A stretch of DNA of 64,000 nucleotides from Treponemataceae bacterium (GTDB taxonomy: Bacteria; Spirochaetota; Spirochaetia; Treponematales; Rectinemataceae). The notes under the pieces were generated by a model. The model saw only the letters and a program-made list of their open reading frames with translations, was not told the DNA's origin and did no database searches. The stretch spans positions 1 to 64,000 of the forward strand of contig CAXXHO010000006.1 in NCBI GenBank assembly GCA_963667725.2, in the 5' to 3' direction. Below are positions 48,338 through 58,645 of the stretch, in pieces (position 1 is the stretch's first letter; each line of letters begins with the position of its first letter). Position numbers and translations under genes: made by a program.

Positions 48338-49201
48338 ATGAAAGGGATTATCTTGGCTGGTGGGTCGGGCACCCGGCTCCATCCCGTGACAAAGGTCGTA
48401 TCCAAACAGCTGCTTCCAATCTATGATAAGCCAATGATCTATTATCCGCTTTCAGTGCTTATGCTGGCGGGGATCAGGGAAATATTGATTATTTCTACGC
48501 CTGAGGATACGCCCAGGTTCCATGAACTCCTCGGTGATGGTGCCCAATGGGGCATAAGGCTCGAGTATAGAGTGCAACCTCGGCCGGAGGGGCTCGCGCA
48601 AGCTTTCCTGATTGGAGAGAGCTTTATTGGCGAGGACACATGTTGCTTGATACTGGGTGACAATGTCTTCTTCGGTACTGGATTCAGCAAGATGCTTAAG
48701 CGTTCCGCAGCGTTGACAAACGGAGCAGAAGTCTATTCTTACGCGGTGAAGGATCCGGAACGATTTGGGGTCGTAGAAGTGGATAAGAATTTCAGAGCGG
48801 TCTCTATCGAGGAGAAGCCGGCTATTCCAAAATCGAATTGGGCGGTAACCGGCCTTTATTTCTACGATAATAGTGTAATCGGCTACGCGAAGGAGCAAAA
48901 GCCGTCAAAACGCGGAGAACTGGAGATAACGGATATAAACAGGCGCTATTTGATGGAGGGCAAACTGAAGGTAAACACCTTGGGCAGAGGCTTCGCATGG
49001 TTGGATACCGGCACGCACGATAGTCTGCTTGATGCTTCGGAGTTCATTGCTACCATTCAGAAGCGACAAGGATTCATGGTAGCTTGCCTTGAAGAGATCG
49101 CCTTTCACTCAGGCTGGATTGACGCGGGAAAGGTTGCCGATGCAGCTCGCGGACTCGGCAAGACCGAATATGCCCGATATCTCCGAGGGCTCCTCGCATG
49201 A
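48338..49201 (+). CDS. rmlA: Glucose-1-phosphate thymidylyltransferase
   Basis: [48 protein letters not shown]. Confidence 0.96.
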   Translation: MKGIILAGGSGTRLHPVTKVVSKQLLPIYDKPMIYYPLSVLMLAGIREILIISTPEDTPRFHELLGDGAQWGIRLEYRVQPRPEGLAQAFLIGESFIGEDTCCLILGDNVFFGTGFSKMLKRSAALTNGAEVYSYAVKDPERFGVVEVDKNFRAVSIEEKPAIPKSNWAVTGLYFYDNSVIGYAKEQKPSKRGELEITDINRRYLMEGKLKVNTLGRGFAWLDTGTHDSLLDASEFIATIQKRQGFMVACLEEIAFHSGWIDAGKVADAARGLGKTEYARYLRGLLA

Positions 49202-50271
49202 GCCGCTCTTTTTCTAATGTGCTCGTTACCGGAGGAGCTGGCTTCATCGGCTCCAATTTCATCAGGTATTTGCTTGGAAGACCAGAATTCATGGGCCGGA
49301 TTATAAATTACGATATTCTCACATACGCCGGCAACCTTAATAACCTCTCGGATATAGTTGCCCGATACGGGGGTGAGCGGTATAGTTTCATCCTTGGCGA
49401 CATCTGCGACCAGGCGAAGTTGGATTCTGTTTTCGATGAGTATAATATCGATGCGGTTGTGCATTTCGCTGCCGAAAGCCATGTCGATCGGTCCATCCAC
49501 GATCCTTCGTCCTTCATTCGTACGAACGTCTTAGGGACTCAAGTCCTTCTCGATGTGGCGAGACGAAAATGGACCGGAAGAAACGATGTCCTGTTCCATC
49601 ATATAAGTACCGACGAAGTATATGGATCCCTTGGAGACGAAGGTGCATTCAGGGAAGATACGCCATATGATCCTCGGAGCCCCTACTCGGCATCTAAGGC
49701 CGCCGCAGACCATCTCGTAATGGCGTACTGGCACACCTATGGCCTTCCTGTGACATTATCCAATTGCTCCAATAATTACGGTCCTTACCAATTCCCCGAG
49801 AAGCTGATACCTCTTATTATTGGCAATATTGAGAAGCGCAAACAATTGCCGATATACGGAGATGGCCTTAATGTTCGCGATTGGCTCTATGTAGGGGATC
49901 ATAACTCGGCCGTATGGATGATCATGAGGGATGGGCGGCTCGGGCAGAAATATAACATTGGCGGGGAGACGGAGTGGGAGAACCTCAGACTCGTGAAAGC
50001 CCTTTGCGAGATTTATTCTGAGGAAAGCAGCGGAGAAATACAGGATGCTTTGAAGCTCATCGCGTTCGTGAAGGATCGGCCTGGACACGATAGGCGTTAT
50101 GCGATCGATTGTACCAAGCTGAAAAGCGAGCTTGGCTGGCGGCAATCCGTAAGCATCAACGAAGGGCTTCGCGTTACGGTTCAGTGGTACCTGAACAACC
50201 GTTCCTGGACCGAGAATATCCAGAACGGAGGATATAGAGATTGGATCGAGCTAAACTACGGAAAACGATAG
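49198..50271 (+). CDS. rmlB: dTDP-glucose 4,6-dehydratase
   Basis: [52 protein letters not shown]. Confidence 0.96.
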   Translation: MSRSFSNVLVTGGAGFIGSNFIRYLLGRPEFMGRIINYDILTYAGNLNNLSDIVARYGGERYSFILGDICDQAKLDSVFDEYNIDAVVHFAAESHVDRSIHDPSSFIRTNVLGTQVLLDVARRKWTGRNDVLFHHISTDEVYGSLGDEGAFREDTPYDPRSPYSASKAAADHLVMAYWHTYGLPVTLSNCSNNYGPYQFPEKLIPLIIGNIEKRKQLPIYGDGLNVRDWLYVGDHNSAVWMIMRDGRLGQKYNIGGETEWENLRLVKALCEIYSEESSGEIQDALKLIAFVKDRPGHDRRYAIDCTKLKSELGWRQSVSINEGLRVTVQWYLNNRSWTENIQNGGYRDWIELNYGKR

Positions 50272-50281
50272 GACGCTGGTT

Positions 50282-51361
50282 ATGATTAATGTTACAAAGT
50301 CGTTCCTTCCTCCTAAAGAGGAGTACGACCGGTTATTGGACCGCCTTTGGGAGAGTCATTGGCTTACCAATAATGGACCACTGCAGCAAGAACTTGAACA
50401 CCAGTTGAAAGATTATCTTGGCATTGATTTCCTTCAGATTACTTCGAATGGGACGATTGCCATCCAGATTATCCTAAAGGCGCTGGGCATCAAGGGAAAG
50501 GTCATAACGACCCCATTCTCCTATGTGGCCACGACATCGACGGTCATATGGGAAGGTTGTGAACCAGTTTTCGTCGATATCGATCCGCGCACGCTCTGCA
50601 TAGATCCTGATCTGGTGGAGGAGGCGATCGACGACGAAACGGAAGCCGTCCTCGCCACGCATGTATTCGGGTTGCCGTGCGATGTCGAACGATTGAAAGA
50701 GATAGGGATAAGAAAAGGCGTCAAAGTCATATATGACGCGGCGCATGCTTTCGGATGCAGATACCTTGGCAGATCGCTCCTTGACTGGGGTGATGCTTCG
50801 ACGTGCAGCTTTCATGCAACCAAGCTTTTCCATATGGGAGAAGGCGGTTGTGTCGTAACTCACGATCCCGTACTGGATAGAGAGGTATCGCTGAAGAAAA
50901 GCTTCGGTCATGTTGGCGATGAACATTTCACGCTCGGCATTAACGGGAAGAATTCCGAGTTGCATGCTGCCATGGGTTTGGCCGTACTTCCATACACACC
51001 GGCAAACATCGCAGAGAGGCAGAAGATCGTTGAAGCTTATGATGACGCTATAGCGGATCTCCCATTGGAGCGTCCGATGATACCCGCGGGACTTCACTAT
51101 AATTATGCTTATTATCCGGTATTATTTAAAGACGAAGCTTCGCTTTTATCAACGGTGACCGCCCTCAGAGCAAACGGCATAATACCGAGGCGCTATTTTT
51201 GGCCATCTCTTGAAACCCTTCCATATGTACGCGGTAATCCTTGCCCTCGTTCGGAAGATGTCGCCTCTCGGGTCCTGTGCCTGCCGCTGTATAATGGCTT
51301 GAGTGGCGATGAACTTGAGAAGGTAATCCAAGTATTGCAGTCTGCCATTCGGACCAGGTAG
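50282..51361 (+). CDS. DegT/DnrJ family sugar aminotransferase (VioA-like)
   Basis: WLTNNGP, NGTIA, TTPFSYVAT, YDAAHAFG, SFHATK, GINGK, PRRYF. Confidence 0.9.
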   Translation: MINVTKSFLPPKEEYDRLLDRLWESHWLTNNGPLQQELEHQLKDYLGIDFLQITSNGTIAIQIILKALGIKGKVITTPFSYVATTSTVIWEGCEPVFVDIDPRTLCIDPDLVEEAIDDETEAVLATHVFGLPCDVERLKEIGIRKGVKVIYDAAHAFGCRYLGRSLLDWGDASTCSFHATKLFHMGEGGCVVTHDPVLDREVSLKKSFGHVGDEHFTLGINGKNSELHAAMGLAVLPYTPANIAERQKIVEAYDDAIADLPLERPMIPAGLHYNYAYYPVLFKDEASLLSTVTALRANGIIPRRYFWPSLETLPYVRGNPCPRSEDVASRVLCLPLYNGLSGDELEKVIQVLQSAIRTR

Positions 51362-51651
51362 TTGGCATGATGGTTGGACAGCTATATTCTTAGGCCGTAT
51401 GATCGCTTGGCTGTGTTTGGCCGCTGTCTGCGGCCTTAGCCAAGCTTGTCCGCATAGCAATCTTCTATCGGCATGATCGCATTTATCGACTTATCCACGA
51501 GCGTAAGGATTCATGGCTTTGACGATGCGAGCCTGTCCAGAGAATCCAACACTGGCCATTGTGTTTTTGGGCTATGGCATACAAGAGCTCTTGAAGATTT
51601 CATTGGCATGCATTGCTCGCGTGCCTCCAATCGCTTAAACGGAGATCGATT

Positions 51652-52959
51652 ATGAGTGGATTCTTGAGGAGAAATCTATTTTGGCTTGGTGACATGCTTC
51701 ATGGCAGTCGAATAGGCAAGCATTTTGCTGAGTTGAGGACTAATAACCAGGATTATAATGCCGGTATCGTTTACCAAAGCGAACGACTAGAGGAGTTGTT
51801 GCATCATGCGACGGCGTACTCTCAATTTTATAATGAGTACCGAGGCAAGAGCATTCATGAATTCCCGGTTGTTAACAAGGCGTTATTGAATGAATATCGT
51901 GACCAGCTCGTTATCGACGAATCACATTTGCCATTCCAAAAAGGCGAGATGCATATACAAAGAACGAGCGGATCTACCGGAGCCCCTTTTGCGATTCCGC
52001 AAGATACGAGAAAGAGAAATCGCAGAATCGCAGAATTGAAATATTATGGCGAAACGGTGGGGTTCAGGTCGCATGAGAAACTATGCCAATGCAGAGTGTG
52101 GACGAAATGGCACTCTAAAAATAGATGGCAGTCGTATATAGAAAACATCATTCCGTTCAATGTCACGAAAATGGATGATGCGGTAATTGAGAACTTGTTA
52201 AGAATCGTCAAGGAGAAAAAAGTCAAGGCTGTCCGGGCTTATGCTAGCTGGTTCGACGCAATCATAAAATATGTGATGGACACTGGGTACGATCTGCGAA
52301 ATCTTAAAAGCCTCAAAGTTTGCTTTTCCGGCTCCGAGGCGCTTGACGCAACTACGAGAGCAAAATTTAAGGACTCGCTTGGGATAGATATTGTCGAGTG
52401 TTACGCTAATGAGGAAGGCGGAGTTATCGGTCATCAAAAGCTCTGTGACGCTAATTTCTACTTGAATCACGCCAGTTTTCTTGTGGAGGTGCTTCGTCTT
52501 GAGGATGATTCCCCGGTGCCCTACGGTGAGCTTGGCCGGGTAGTCATCACTGACCTATTCAACTATGCATTCCCCTTGATCAGGTATGACACCGGGGATA
52601 CCGCTATCATCGAGAAAGGCAATAAATCCAGCAACTATTGGCCGTACTTAAGCAAGCTGTTCGGGAGAAGGCTGGATTTGGTCTTTGATGCGTTCGGCCG
52701 GCCAATACACCCCATGAGCTTTGCAAGAATACTAAAAAACATACCCGGCATAGTTCAATGGCAGTTCGTCCAGAAGTCCGCCGATCATTATGAACTAAGG
52801 CTGAACACCAATAAAAAGATCGACAATGACGCTGTACTGGATGAGTTGAAGGATATCCTCGGTACGGGCGCCAATGTGGCGATTATACCGGTTGAGGAAA
52901 TCCCCGTCCTTGCATCGGGGAAAAGGAAATCGGTACTCTGTGAGTGGAATCATCAATGA
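51652..52959 (+). CDS. PaaK/CapK-like adenylate-forming (CoA ligase family) protein
   Basis: TSGSTG, ITDLFNYAFPLIRYDTGD, GRRLD, SGKRK; GGAG RBS. Confidence 0.88.
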   Translation: MSGFLRRNLFWLGDMLHGSRIGKHFAELRTNNQDYNAGIVYQSERLEELLHHATAYSQFYNEYRGKSIHEFPVVNKALLNEYRDQLVIDESHLPFQKGEMHIQRTSGSTGAPFAIPQDTRKRNRRIAELKYYGETVGFRSHEKLCQCRVWTKWHSKNRWQSYIENIIPFNVTKMDDAVIENLLRIVKEKKVKAVRAYASWFDAIIKYVMDTGYDLRNLKSLKVCFSGSEALDATTRAKFKDSLGIDIVECYANEEGGVIGHQKLCDANFYLNHASFLVEVLRLEDDSPVPYGELGRVVITDLFNYAFPLIRYDTGDTAIIEKGNKSSNYWPYLSKLFGRRLDLVFDAFGRPIHPMSFARILKNIPGIVQWQFVQKSADHYELRLNTNKKIDNDAVLDELKDILGTGANVAIIPVEEIPVLASGKRKSVLCEWNHQ

Positions 52960-53055
52960 TTAAGCGTGCCGGGCATCGTAGCATCAGTTGCCTTATCCCG
53001 TCGAGCTAAACCTTGTTCCTCAAGGGTCTCGGCAGGTAGCAGCAAGGGATAGCGT

Positions 53056-53688
53056 ATGAAAGAAACGTTGATTATTTTGGGGGCTGGCGGAAGCGCACAA
53101 CAAGTATTTTGGCTGATCAATAGGCTGAGGAAATACGATATCGCCGGCTTTTACGATGAAAAAATCGAGAGTGATGAAATCCTTCTTGGTTTGCCGGTGC
53201 GCAGGTCTGTCGAAGAACTGGCAAGCAGTACTAAGGGGCGCGTGCGCTTGATAAGCGCTGTTGGCGACATTTACCTGCGAGAGAGATGGCACAACGAGTA
53301 CGGATCAAGGTTTGAATATGCTACGCTGATCGATCCGAATGCGCTGATCGCACCTAACGCAGAGATTGGAAAAGATGTGGTGATTCATGCCTTTACAACA
53401 GTATCAATGAATGCAACCGTAGGGGATTCTACCTACATCAGCTGGAACTGCCTCGTAGCTCATGACGTGAAAATTGGAAAATTTTCTCAAATTTCTCCTG
53501 GGACGCAAATCACAGGGCGTTGCCAGGTTGGTGACTTCTGCCAGTTGGGAACGAATTGCTCATTATTGCCCGATAGAATTGTCGGGAGTGGCAGCATAGT
53601 CGGCGCGGGCGCCGTCGTAAATAATGACATCCCCAAAAACGCATTGGCTGTGGGTGTACCGGCCGTCGTGAAAAGGATTATCGCCTGA
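53056..53688 (+). CDS. NeuD/PglD-like hexapeptide acetyltransferase
   Basis: IILGAGG, VAHD, VGAGAVV, AVGVPA. Confidence 0.9.
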   Translation: MKETLIILGAGGSAQQVFWLINRLRKYDIAGFYDEKIESDEILLGLPVRRSVEELASSTKGRVRLISAVGDIYLRERWHNEYGSRFEYATLIDPNALIAPNAEIGKDVVIHAFTTVSMNATVGDSTYISWNCLVAHDVKIGKFSQISPGTQITGRCQVGDFCQLGTNCSLLPDRIVGSGSIVGAGAVVNNDIPKNALAVGVPAVVKRIIA

Positions 53689-53756
53689 TTTTGGCGTTGC
53701 GCCTTTTTAAACCATGCTCGGATCAAATTCGCCCAATGGCCACGATGGAGTCAAGA

Positions 53757-55043
53757 ATGGTTAAAGTATCTTTAGTCGGAGACATATTCATTTCACGCCC
53801 GTTCCCGGAAAAAGGATATGGGTTTTTAGATGATATTACGCACCTATTGAATGATCATGAAGTAAGATTTGCGAATCTAGAGACAACGGTTCATCGTCGG
53901 GAGGGCTATCCCTCAGCCTATCCTGGCGGGACTTGGAGTATGGCTGATCCTCTGTGCCTCGATAGCATTAAGCGCCTGGGCATAAATGTCGTTAATACTG
54001 CTAACAACCATGCTTTGGATTATTCGCAAAATGGACTTTTGGCAACACAGCGGTACTTGGCAAGAAGCAAAATACCCTATATGGGCACTGGCAAAAATCT
54101 GTCAGACGCAGCGGCGCCCGTGTTCATAGAGTGTTCGGGGGCCAGAGTCGCGCTGATTGGAGCGACGAGCTCTTTCCATGATTCTGACGCGGCAGGCTAT
54201 CAACGCTGCAATATGAAGGGGCGTCCCGGCGTTAATCCCCTGAGACATAAGTCAATCTGTCAAATCACCGAAGACGATTATCGTCATTTGTTGAAAATTG
54301 CAAAGGAAACAGGCATTAATGATTATCATGATCAGGCGATAAAAGAAGGCTATCTTCTCCCGAATAAGAACTTTCAGTTCGCCGGAACGGAATTTGTAAT
54401 TGGGGAAGAGAATACCCTTAAGACTTTTCCGCTGGATTCTGACATGCTTCGAATAGAGAATTCTATAAAAGAGGCAAAGAAACAGGCTGACTATGTGATC
54501 GTCAGCATTCATAATCATCAGTTCTCTAGAGGCCAAAAGAAATATCCAGCTGAATTCATCAGGAAATTCTCCAGGAACTGCATCGAAGCAGGGGCAATAA
54601 TAGTCGTCGGTCACGGTCCACATGTGCTTAGGGGAATAGAAGCATATGAGAAAGGCATTATTTTTTATGGACTGGGCAACTTCATTTTTCAAAACGAAAG
54701 CATTGCATATTTACCAGAAGATTTTTACCAAAAATATTCGATTGAACCTACTGCCGGAACGGGAACGGCGTTATCCAGAAGAAATAGAAATGGAGAAATC
54801 GGCCTGAAGAAGGAGGAAGAGTCTTGGCAAAGCGTAATTGCCAGCGTCACGATTGATGATGAGAGAGTCGCTATAAAATTGTATCCTGTCGAAATCGGAA
54901 ATGACGATCCGCATTATAGTCGCGGAATCCCAAAACTGATCAATGATTCGGTAATACTGAGAAATTTGGATGAGCTTTCAAAAGAATATGGTACTGCGAT
55001 TGACATAAAAGACGGTGTTGGTTCGCTGGAACTGATGCGTTGA
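53757..55043 (+). CDS. CapA (PGA_cap) family metallophosphoesterase-like protein
   Basis: VGD, ANLE, ANNHALDY, SIHNH, GHGPH, YGLGNF. Confidence 0.88.
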   Translation: MVKVSLVGDIFISRPFPEKGYGFLDDITHLLNDHEVRFANLETTVHRREGYPSAYPGGTWSMADPLCLDSIKRLGINVVNTANNHALDYSQNGLLATQRYLARSKIPYMGTGKNLSDAAAPVFIECSGARVALIGATSSFHDSDAAGYQRCNMKGRPGVNPLRHKSICQITEDDYRHLLKIAKETGINDYHDQAIKEGYLLPNKNFQFAGTEFVIGEENTLKTFPLDSDMLRIENSIKEAKKQADYVIVSIHNHQFSRGQKKYPAEFIRKFSRNCIEAGAIIVVGHGPHVLRGIEAYEKGIIFYGLGNFIFQNESIAYLPEDFYQKYSIEPTAGTGTALSRRNRNGEIGLKKEEESWQSVIASVTIDDERVAIKLYPVEIGNDDPHYSRGIPKLINDSVILRNLDELSKEYGTAIDIKDGVGSLELMR

Positions 55044-55100
55044 TTTTCCTGCTTACTGAGCATTCATCGATCAATTTAGGATTGGCAAAACGGGGAACTT

Positions 55101-56567
55101 ATGAATGATGAGCAACTTCTGAAAAGGACAGCTTATGGATTTGCATGGAGTGTTGTTGAGCGTTCAGGAACGCAAATATCGCAATTAATCATATCAATAT
55201 TCTTGGCCAGGATTCTATCTCCGGAATTATTTGGCTTGACTGGAATGCTGACTGTATTCATGGCGATCGGCCAGTCGATAATCGATTCTGGCTTTGGTTC
55301 CGCATTGATCCAAAAGAAGAACCATACACTTATTGATGAATGCTCGGTTTTTTATTTCAACATTTTTATTGGGATCATTCTCGCCATACTGATGTATTTC
55401 TTTGCGCCGGTTATTGCTCATTTTTTTCATCAGGAAGCGCTAACGTCACTTGCCCGAGTGCTGGCAATCAATTTTGTAATTAACTCATTCGGGATCGTTC
55501 AGACTGCATTACTTACAAAAGATGTCGATTTCAAGACACAAAGTAGAATTAGCATAATATCAAGCGTGGCCTCGGGAGCAATCGGGATAATTTGCGCTTA
55601 CTCTGGATGTGGAGTATGGAGCCTTGTCGTACAATCTATATCCGGGAATTTTTTCCGCACTGTGCTTGTTTGGTATTCCAGACCATGGAGGCCAAAGTGG
55701 CTGTTTGATATTAATAGCCTTCAGAAGCTATTTTCATTTGGATCAAGACTTCTTCTTTCTGGAATCATCGACACGCTCTACAACAATATATTTCAAATAA
55801 TCATCGGAAGAATGTTCTCGCCAGCGAATCTTGCTTTTTACAATAGAGCGAACCAATTGCAGCAAGTTCCAATACAGCTCATATCAACATCTGCAAAACG
55901 TGTTACATATCCAATATATTCAATGATCCATGACGATAAGGAAAGATTGTTATCAATATTCAGAAAAACGCTGCTAACCGTAACTGCTATTACGATTCCC
56001 GTCATGGCAGTATTGTATTTTACCGCTGAACCATTGGTAATTGTATTCTATACTACAAAATGGGCCAATAGCATAGTATACCTTAAGCTACTTGTATTTC
56101 TTGGTGTACTCTATCCCTTGCACTTGGTGAATCTCAATGTTTTGCTTGCGCAAGGACATTCGGATAAGTATTTTCGACTTGAGCTCTTAAAGAAGTTGCT
56201 TGGGCTCACCGTTTTATCATTCACGATGAAGTACAAGATCGAAGTGATGATAGTTGGACAAATAATTTCTTCTTTCTTCGTCTATTTCTTTATAAATAGC
56301 CATTATACCAAGAAGTACTTAGGATATTCCGGTTTCCGGCAAGCAAAAGACCTCCTGCCGACAATCCTTTCGACAATTTTAGCTTCGATTTCCATGTACT
56401 TGGTTAAGAGACTTTCCGGCAATGGTATGGTGGGGTTAATAGTTATCCCAAGCGTAGGCGTAATTGCCTACTTAATCGCTGCGAAGTTATTGAGAGTTGA
56501 AGCGGTAATGCAGCTTGAGGAAATACTCTTAAAACGTATGCATAAGGGGAATTATGGGAAAGATTAA
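55101..56567 (+). CDS. wzx: Polysaccharide flippase (Wzx/WzxC family)
   Basis: LARILSP..FGL, DSGFGSALIQ, many TM helices. Confidence 0.9.
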   Translation: MNDEQLLKRTAYGFAWSVVERSGTQISQLIISIFLARILSPELFGLTGMLTVFMAIGQSIIDSGFGSALIQKKNHTLIDECSVFYFNIFIGIILAILMYFFAPVIAHFFHQEALTSLARVLAINFVINSFGIVQTALLTKDVDFKTQSRISIISSVASGAIGIICAYSGCGVWSLVVQSISGNFFRTVLVWYSRPWRPKWLFDINSLQKLFSFGSRLLLSGIIDTLYNNIFQIIIGRMFSPANLAFYNRANQLQQVPIQLISTSAKRVTYPIYSMIHDDKERLLSIFRKTLLTVTAITIPVMAVLYFTAEPLVIVFYTTKWANSIVYLKLLVFLGVLYPLHLVNLNVLLAQGHSDKYFRLELLKKLLGLTVLSFTMKYKIEVMIVGQIISSFFVYFFINSHYTKKYLGYSGFRQAKDLLPTILSTILASISMYLVKRLSGNGMVGLIVIPSVGVIAYLIAAKLLRVEAVMQLEEILLKRMHKGNYGKD

Positions 56568-57474
56568 TGTGATTGGCATAAAGAGGCCAATCATCTCTGT
56601 CGTTGTCATAACTTATAACCATCTCAAATATATAAGGCAAACGCTGGATAGCGTTCTGGCGCAGAAGGTCGATGTCGAATTTGAAATAGTAATAGGTGAC
56701 GACCACTCAACTGACGGAACAACAGATATTATCGCCCAATATCGAGAAAAGTTTCCGGAACTGATTAAGCCGGTGCTTCAGGAAAAAAACCATGGTGACG
56801 GCACAAATACACGTTGTGCAGTTACTGCGTGCTTAGGTGAGTATATCGCTTTATGTGAGGGCGATGATTATTGGGTGGACTCTGGAAAGCTGCAGAAGCA
56901 ATATGATTTCCTTAAGAATAATTTAAGCTACTCCGCCTGCACTGCCCTTGCTGACGTATTATATGAGGATTCAGGCACTCTCAAGAGACATTCCCCAATG
57001 AAGAGACGGCTGTCATTGACCAGGAAGGATTTTCTTCTCGGCATTAAGCCGGATACCAGAACGTGCACAAAGATGTATCGTAAAAGTCCTTTCGTAGAAA
57101 GCTATTTCAAATATGATCTCTCATCGATATACGCCAGGGATAACATATCTCGAATAATCATTACGGAGAATCATAAAAAAATCATGGTGCTCAATGAGAC
57201 GATGGCGGTATATAGGGTCCATAGCAATGGAGCCTGGAGCATGAAAAGCAAAGATTACCAACGAGACAAGAAAGAAAATGACATCGAATGCATTAGAAAG
57301 CTTTTGCCAAAACGAGAGCAAAAATATTTGGAATTTTATACATGGGTGAAGAAATCGGAGTGGGAAAAAAACAGATTAAAAAAAATAATGCTTTACGCAA
57401 GCTTAATTAGGAGCCCGATTATACTAGGCTATTACTTGCTCAAGAAGAGCCTGGTGCGATGGAATTATTGTTAA
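56554..57474 (+). CDS. Glycosyltransferase family 2
   Basis: SVVVITYN, GDDHSTDGT, YIALCEGDDYW. Confidence 0.92.
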   Translation: MGKINVIGIKRPIISVVVITYNHLKYIRQTLDSVLAQKVDVEFEIVIGDDHSTDGTTDIIAQYREKFPELIKPVLQEKNHGDGTNTRCAVTACLGEYIALCEGDDYWVDSGKLQKQYDFLKNNLSYSACTALADVLYEDSGTLKRHSPMKRRLSLTRKDFLLGIKPDTRTCTKMYRKSPFVESYFKYDLSSIYARDNISRIIITENHKKIMVLNETMAVYRVHSNGAWSMKSKDYQRDKKENDIECIRKLLPKREQKYLEFYTWVKKSEWEKNRLKKIMLYASLIRSPIILGYYLLKKSLVRWNYC

Positions 57475-57505
57475 GCTGCCATAACCTAAAGAAGGAAAGA
57501 TCTAT

Positions 57506-58645
57506 ATGAGCTTAGGCACAAGCAGTGCGCATAGAGTGCTCCATGTGTTTCGACGTATGGATCAGGGTGGCGCTGAGTCTCGTACGATGGATATATACAG
57601 GAAGATTGATAAATCCAAGATTCAGTTCGACTTTCTTACATATTCACAGGGGTCGGGTTATTACGATGAAGAAATCAGAATGTTGGGGGGTAGAATTTTT
57701 ATTTTACCGCCGCCCGATCTGAAACATATTATAAGCCACATTGTTGCCATGTACCTTTTGCTTTCCAGGGAAAGCGGCTTTTCGGCAGTGCATTCTCACG
57801 GGGCGCATTACTCAGGGCTGGTAGTGACCGTTGCGCGGGCGGCCGGTATCAAGAGAAGGATCTGTCATGCGAGAACGGCGCCGAGAGAAGAACACTGCAG
57901 TATGTGGAGAAAGCTATATTATTTTGTTTCAAAGACACTGATGTTGTGCAATGCAACGAACCTATTGGCTTGCAGCCATGATGCGGGGGAGTATCTGTAT
58001 GGCGATTTGGGCACAAATAGCAAAAGATTTAAGATTATAAGGAACGCAGTCGATGTCGATGAGATCTTCCAAGTTGATCCAGGCGCCAGGGAGAGGCTTA
58101 GGAAATTATGGAATATTCAAGAAAATACAAAAGTTCTTGGCCATATAGGTAGATTCGCCGATGTCAAAAACCACAGTTTTCTAATTTGCATAGCAGAAAA
58201 AATGAAGAAACTTCATGTCGACTTTCTGCTCGTACTTGTTGGAGATGGGGAGAACAAGCCAAATATTGTTGACGCTGTGAAGATAAGGGAATTAAGTGAT
58301 TGCGTCATTTTTCTAGGGTCAAGAGCCGATGTCCCGGACATATTGAGCGCAATAGATTTTCTTCTATTGCCATCAAAGCATGAAGGAGTCCCCGGGGTTG
58401 TTATTGAAGCCCAGGCAGCTGGGATTCCTTGTGTTGTTTCCGATGTGGTTACCAAAGAAGTGGATATAGGATTGGGATTAATACAATATGCCGGAATTAA
58501 TAATGGTCCTGATTGTTGGGTTTCTGCAATAAGTAGCAGTAAGGATAGAATTTACGATGGGTCAATAATCGAGAAAAGTATCCTGAGGAGCGGATATGAT
58601 ATACAAAGCGTTGCTGAAGTTCTTGAAGGAATTTACCTAACGTGA
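57506..58645 (+). CDS. Glycosyltransferase family 4 (EpsF-like)
   Basis: MDQGGAE, GHIGRF..KNH, PSKHEGVPGVVIEAQAAG. Confidence 0.92.
   Translation: MSLGTSSAHRVLHVFRRMDQGGAESRTMDIYRKIDKSKIQFDFLTYSQGSGYYDEEIRMLGGRIFILPPPDLKHIISHIVAMYLLLSRESGFSAVHSHGAHYSGLVVTVARAAGIKRRICHARTAPREEHCSMWRKLYYFVSKTLMLCNATNLLACSHDAGEYLYGDLGTNSKRFKIIRNAVDVDEIFQVDPGARERLRKLWNIQENTKVLGHIGRFADVKNHSFLICIAEKMKKLHVDFLLVLVGDGENKPNIVDAVKIRELSDCVIFLGSRADVPDILSAIDFLLLPSKHEGVPGVVIEAQAAGIPCVVSDVVTKEVDIGLGLIQYAGINNGPDCWVSAISSSKDRIYDGSIIEKSILRSGYDIQSVAEVLEGIYLT

Noticed and set aside
48338..50271. dTDP-L-rhamnose pathway
   Set aside because: rmlC and rmlD are not in the window; rmlAB are followed by an aminotransferase, which points to an amino-dideoxyhexose instead.
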